From NCBI GenBank assembly GCA_002890675.1, contig PEFW01000001.1, positions 39,610 to 103,609 of the forward strand: a stretch of 64,000 bases of DNA, read 5' to 3'. The notes beneath the pieces were generated by a model. It saw nothing but the letters and a program-made list of their open reading frames with translations, was not told where the DNA came from and ran no database searches. How positions within the stretch are numbered: position 1 is the stretch's first letter; every line of letters starts with the position of its first letter. Below, one piece after another: positions 61,467-64,000 of this stretch. Source of the DNA: Candidatus Methylaffinis lahnbergensis (GTDB lineage: Bacteria > Pseudomonadota > Alphaproteobacteria > Rhizobiales > Beijerinckiaceae). The position numbers were made by a program, and so were the translations under genes.

Positions 61467-62813
61467 ATGCGTTATCTTCCGCTAAACGACGAGGACCGCG
61501 CCGATATGCTGGCGCGCATCGGCGTCAGCCACATCGACGCGCTTTTCGCCGATATTCCGAAGGCCAAGCGGCTCGAACAGGATCTCGATCTGCCCTCGCG
61601 AAAAACCGAGATGGAGGTGGAGCGCGTGCTCTCTCGGCTTGCGGCAAAAAATGTCGCGGCGGGCTCGGTGCCGTTTTTTGTGGGAGCCGGAGCCTACAAG
61701 CATCATGTTCCAGCAACCGTCGATCATCTGATCCAACGCTCCGAGTTTCTCACCAGCTATACGCCCTATCAGCCCGAGATCTCACAAGGCACATTGCAAA
61801 CCATTTTCGAATTTCAGACCCAGGTCGCGGGTTTGACCTCGATGGATGCCGCCAATGCGTCGATGTATGACGGATCGACCGCGACAGTCGAGGCCGTGGC
61901 GATGGCGCATCGGATCACCAAACGCCGCAAGGCCATATTATCGGGCGGCCTTCATCCGCATTATGCCGAGGTGGTAGGCACCTATTCGGCGATGAGTGGG
62001 GACGCCGTCGTGGTGCTTCCGCCCGACCTTTTCGCGGCCGAGAACCTGGCTGGCGTTGTCGGTGATGAAACGTCCTGTGTCGTGGTGCAAAACCCGGATT
62101 TTTTCGGCAATCTCCGCGATCTTTCTGGAGCCGCCGCGACGTGCCACGCGAAGGGCGCGCTTTTGATCGCGGTGTTCACCGAGGTTGTCTCGCTTGGTCT
62201 CGTCAAGCCGCCGGGAGCGATGGGCGCCGATATTGTCGCTGGCGAAGGCCAGTCCATCGGCAATCGCCTGAATTTTGGTGGTCCCTATGTCGGGCTCTTC
62301 GCCACTAAATCAAAATATTTGCGCCAGATGCCGGGGCGCCTCTGCGGCGAAACGGTGGATGCCTCGGGACGGCGTGGCTTCGTTTTGACGCTTTCGACGC
62401 GCGAGCAGCATATCAGGCGCGACAAGGCAACCTCGAACATCTGCACCAATTCCGGTCTCGCGAGTCTTGCATTTTCGATTCATCTGACCCTCCTTGGCGA
62501 CGCGGGACTACGCCGTCTCGCGCGCGTCAATCACGCCAATGCGGTCGCTCTCGCCGACAGGCTTGCGGCGGTGAAAGGCGTCAAAGTGCTGAACGAGACA
62601 TTTTTCAACGAATTTACGATCAAGATCGCGGGCGACGCCGCCGAGGTGGTCCGTCGCATGGCGGAACAGGGCGTGCTCGGCGGCGTCCCCGTGTCGCGGT
62701 TGTTGCCGGACAAGGGATTGGACGATCTCATTCTCGCTGCCTCGACGGAAATCAACACGGATGCCGATCGCGTGATTTACACGAAAACCTTGCAAGGCAA
62801 CCTGTCATGCTGA
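61467..62813 (+). CDS. gcvPA: Glycine dehydrogenase (decarboxylating) subunit 1
   Basis: [42 protein letters not shown]. Confidence 0.96.
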   Translation: MRYLPLNDEDRADMLARIGVSHIDALFADIPKAKRLEQDLDLPSRKTEMEVERVLSRLAAKNVAAGSVPFFVGAGAYKHHVPATVDHLIQRSEFLTSYTPYQPEISQGTLQTIFEFQTQVAGLTSMDAANASMYDGSTATVEAVAMAHRITKRRKAILSGGLHPHYAEVVGTYSAMSGDAVVVLPPDLFAAENLAGVVGDETSCVVVQNPDFFGNLRDLSGAAATCHAKGALLIAVFTEVVSLGLVKPPGAMGADIVAGEGQSIGNRLNFGGPYVGLFATKSKYLRQMPGRLCGETVDASGRRGFVLTLSTREQHIRRDKATSNICTNSGLASLAFSIHLTLLGDAGLRRLARVNHANAVALADRLAAVKGVKVLNETFFNEFTIKIAGDAAEVVRRMAEQGVLGGVPVSRLLPDKGLDDLILAASTEINTDADRVIYTKTLQGNLSC

Positions 62814-64000
62814 TGCAACAAAAGTTCGACCCGCAAGCGGTCGGGTCCGAGGCTCCGGTTGCGAAAACCTTCACCGGCAATCGCGGTCTCGAAACCGAGG
62901 AAGGGCTGATCTTCGAAACCGGGCGTCCGGAGAATACCGGCGTCGATCTCGACGAGCCCTTGCCATTCAAACATCGGCTCGGCTCACTTGAGCGGCAAGA
63001 ACCGGCCGGCCTTCCGGGCTTGAGCGAGCCGGAGTCTATGCGCCATTACGTGCGGCTGTCGCGGCTGAATTATGCGATCGACGCCGGGATTTATCCGCTT
63101 GGCTCCTGCACGATGAAGCATAATCCCCGCCTCAACGAGGCGATGGCGCGCCTGCCAGGCTTTGCCGATATTCATCCCTTGCAACCGCAATCCACCGTGC
63201 AAGGCGCGCTTGAACTTATTGCCGAACTCGCGCACTGGCTGATGGTCATGACCGGGATGGACGCCGTCGCCATGTCGCCTAGAGCAGGCGCGCATGGCGA
63301 GGCCTGCGGCATGATGGCGATCAAGGCCGCGATCGCGGCGAAGGGGGAGGATCAAGCCCGCAAAATCGTTCTCGTGCCGGAGTCGGCGCATGGCACCAAT
63401 CCGGCCTCGGCGGCGGTCGCTGGATTCGAGGTACGTACAGTCCCCGCGCGCCCCGACGGCACGCTTGACCCGGCCGAGGTCATGCGCAGGCTTGGGCCGG
63501 ATGCCGCCGCGATCATGCTGACCAATCCCAACACTTGCGGGCTGTTCGAGAAGGATGTGGTCGAGCTCGCCGCCTTGGTCCACGAGGCCGGGGCCTATTT
63601 CTATTGCGACGGGGCGAATTTCAACGCGATCATGGGCAAGACGCGTCCGGGCGATCTCGGCGTCGATGCGATGCATATCAATCTCCACAAGACCTTCTCG
63701 ACGCCGCATGGCGGCGGCGGACCGGGCGCCGGACCAGTCGTCCTCTCGTCGCGGCTTGCGCCTTTCGCGCCGGTGCCGTTCCTGCGCCGGGACAAGGGCG
63801 GCTTTCATCTCGTCGAGCATAAAAGCGAGGCCCCGGATTCATTCGGCCGGATCGCGGCCTTCCATGGCCAGATGGGCATGTTCGTGCGCGCCTTTGCCTA
63901 TATGCTCTCGCATGGCGCCGATGGCTTGCGGCAGGCCGCCGAGGATGCCGTGTTGAATGCGAATTATGTTCGCGCATGCCTCAAGGATCTCATGTCCGGA
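62807..64000 (+). CDS. gcvPB: Glycine dehydrogenase subunit 2, 3' end outside window (missing from the ORF track)
   Basis: ATG62807 is open to the window end: [49 protein letters not shown] (PLP Lys). Confidence 0.95.
   Translation, partial: MLMQQKFDPQAVGSEAPVAKTFTGNRGLETEEGLIFETGRPENTGVDLDEPLPFKHRLGSLERQEPAGLPGLSEPESMRHYVRLSRLNYAIDAGIYPLGSCTMKHNPRLNEAMARLPGFADIHPLQPQSTVQGALELIAELAHWLMVMTGMDAVAMSPRAGAHGEACGMMAIKAAIAAKGEDQARKIVLVPESAHGTNPASAAVAGFEVRTVPARPDGTLDPAEVMRRLGPDAAAIMLTNPNTCGLFEKDVVELAALVHEAGAYFYCDGANFNAIMGKTRPGDLGVDAMHINLHKTFSTPHGGGGPGAGPVVLSSRLAPFAPVPFLRRDKGGFHLVEHKSEAPDSFGRIAAFHGQMGMFVRAFAYMLSHGADGLRQAAEDAVLNANYVRACLKDLMSG

Overview
64-kb chromosomal window from a GC-rich alphaproteobacterium. 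Gene content (mtdB, split gcvPA/gcvPB, ialB, DUF4167) points to a methylotrophic Hyphomicrobiales, possibly Beijerinckiaceae-like; this is inference. Intact housekeeping genes form the backbone: prfA, ate/bpt, parC, ubiH-family, xth, msrB, gyrB, clpB, prmC, htpG, pdxY, mtdB, asd, and a glycine-riboswitch-led gcvT-H-PA-PB operon cut by the window end. Several accessory patches interrupt it. The most striking is a translationally coupled three-gene NRPS/PKS operon (57523->45130, minus strand): A-T, then KS-AT-ACP-aminotransferase-C-A(Gly)-T, then a non-canonical C(HQ)-T-TE(Cys) protein with no A domain. It has a convergent stand-alone class III aminotransferase and an AT-rich promoter with a perfect CtrA-type box, and is predicted to make a small 3,4-diamino-acyl-glycine-type product. 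Other accessory elements: an AbiTii + YjzC + secreted YGN-repeat mini-island, a decaying DUF4011 helicase, an IS1595 carrying a translationally coupled passenger gene, three miniature IS derivatives (two with apparent target-site duplications) and several pseudogene fragments. prfA and prmC are split, with htpG coupled to prmC instead. No rRNA, tRNA or CRISPR array was seen. All assignments come from motifs read by eye; no searches were run.
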